From the NCBI GenBank assembly GCA_030704615.1, contig CM060731.1, forward strand, positions 39,742,001-39,806,000: a stretch of 64,000 nucleotides of DNA, given 5' to 3'. The notes beneath the pieces are model-generated. The model had not been told where the DNA came from, did not search any database, and was given only the letters and a program-made list of their open reading frames with translations. This DNA is from Takakia lepidozioides (taxonomy: Eukaryota; Plantae; Bryophyta). A program made the translations under genes and the position numbers. Shown here in pieces: positions 63,707 to 64,000 of this stretch (position 1 is its first letter; the number at the start of each line of letters is the position of its first letter).

Positions 63707-64000
63707 TGTAACAGGGTAGAATCTAGAAGGTTCTAGATGGAGGAGGAAAGTTCCCTAGAAGTTTCCAAAATAACTAGGAAGGTTCCTAGGAATTTGACTT
63801 AAGGAAGTTTGACTTGAGGCTCTCAAGTCAAACCTATAAGATATTTATATTATGGAGAGTAAGTCAAATGTTTGATAAAGTCATATTGTGGAGAATATGT
63901 CAAACTTAGGAAAGTTGACTTTAGGAGGTTTTGACTTGAGGCTCTCAAGTCAAACCTTTAAAATAATCATATTGTGAAGGGTATATAAACATGCAATGAA
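63707..64000 (+). repeat. 3' LTR (partial, truncated by window end)
   Basis: Follows the purine-rich GAAAGAGAAAATGAT. Matches the 5' LTR but lacks the CACTA insertion. Confidence 0.93.

Larger units (their letters stand above)
57347..64000 (+). mobile_element. Full-structure but defective Ty3/gypsy chromovirus: 5' LTR, PBS, gag, protease, RT, RNaseH, integrase, chromodomain, 3' LTR (runs off window)
   Basis: Paired LTRs start TGTAACAGGGTAG at 57347 and 63707. Gag begins at 59194, with a degenerate knuckle CYTYGKYGHLADNC. Later motifs: LIDPGAT, VFLDDI, SDGQTERVN and EWEVDRVL...YLVLWKG. Many stops and frameshifts. Confidence 0.95.

Overview
Eukaryotic nuclear DNA from a land plant, probably a non-seed plant. 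That placement is an inference from the regular PLS-class PPR-DYW genes, RLE-type LINEs and chromoviral Ty3 elements. Intron-containing genes, in order: an SRA/YDG (SUVH-like, SET-less) gene, plastid protease SppA, phosphoribulokinase (PRK), a DUF1308/C7orf25-like gene, an SRPK kinase, an SPT4 gene that the ORF track misses, and two tandem PLS-PPR RNA-editing-factor paralogues. Mobile DNA includes a ~240-bp tandem repeat interrupted by a TTAA-flanked piggyBac-like MITE, a RandI/Dualen-like RLE-LINE fragment, a near-complete CRE-type RLE-LINE, three Ty3/gypsy elements, and a non-autonomous CACTA element nested in one LTR. The main pattern is that five of the eight recognisable host genes carry disabling-looking lesions: the SppA SPGG motif is replaced, SRPK has an early TAA, SPT4 has an exon deletion, and both PPR genes are cut off from their DYW deaminase. 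PRK and DUF1308 look intact. All alignments and translations were done by eye; no database searches were run.
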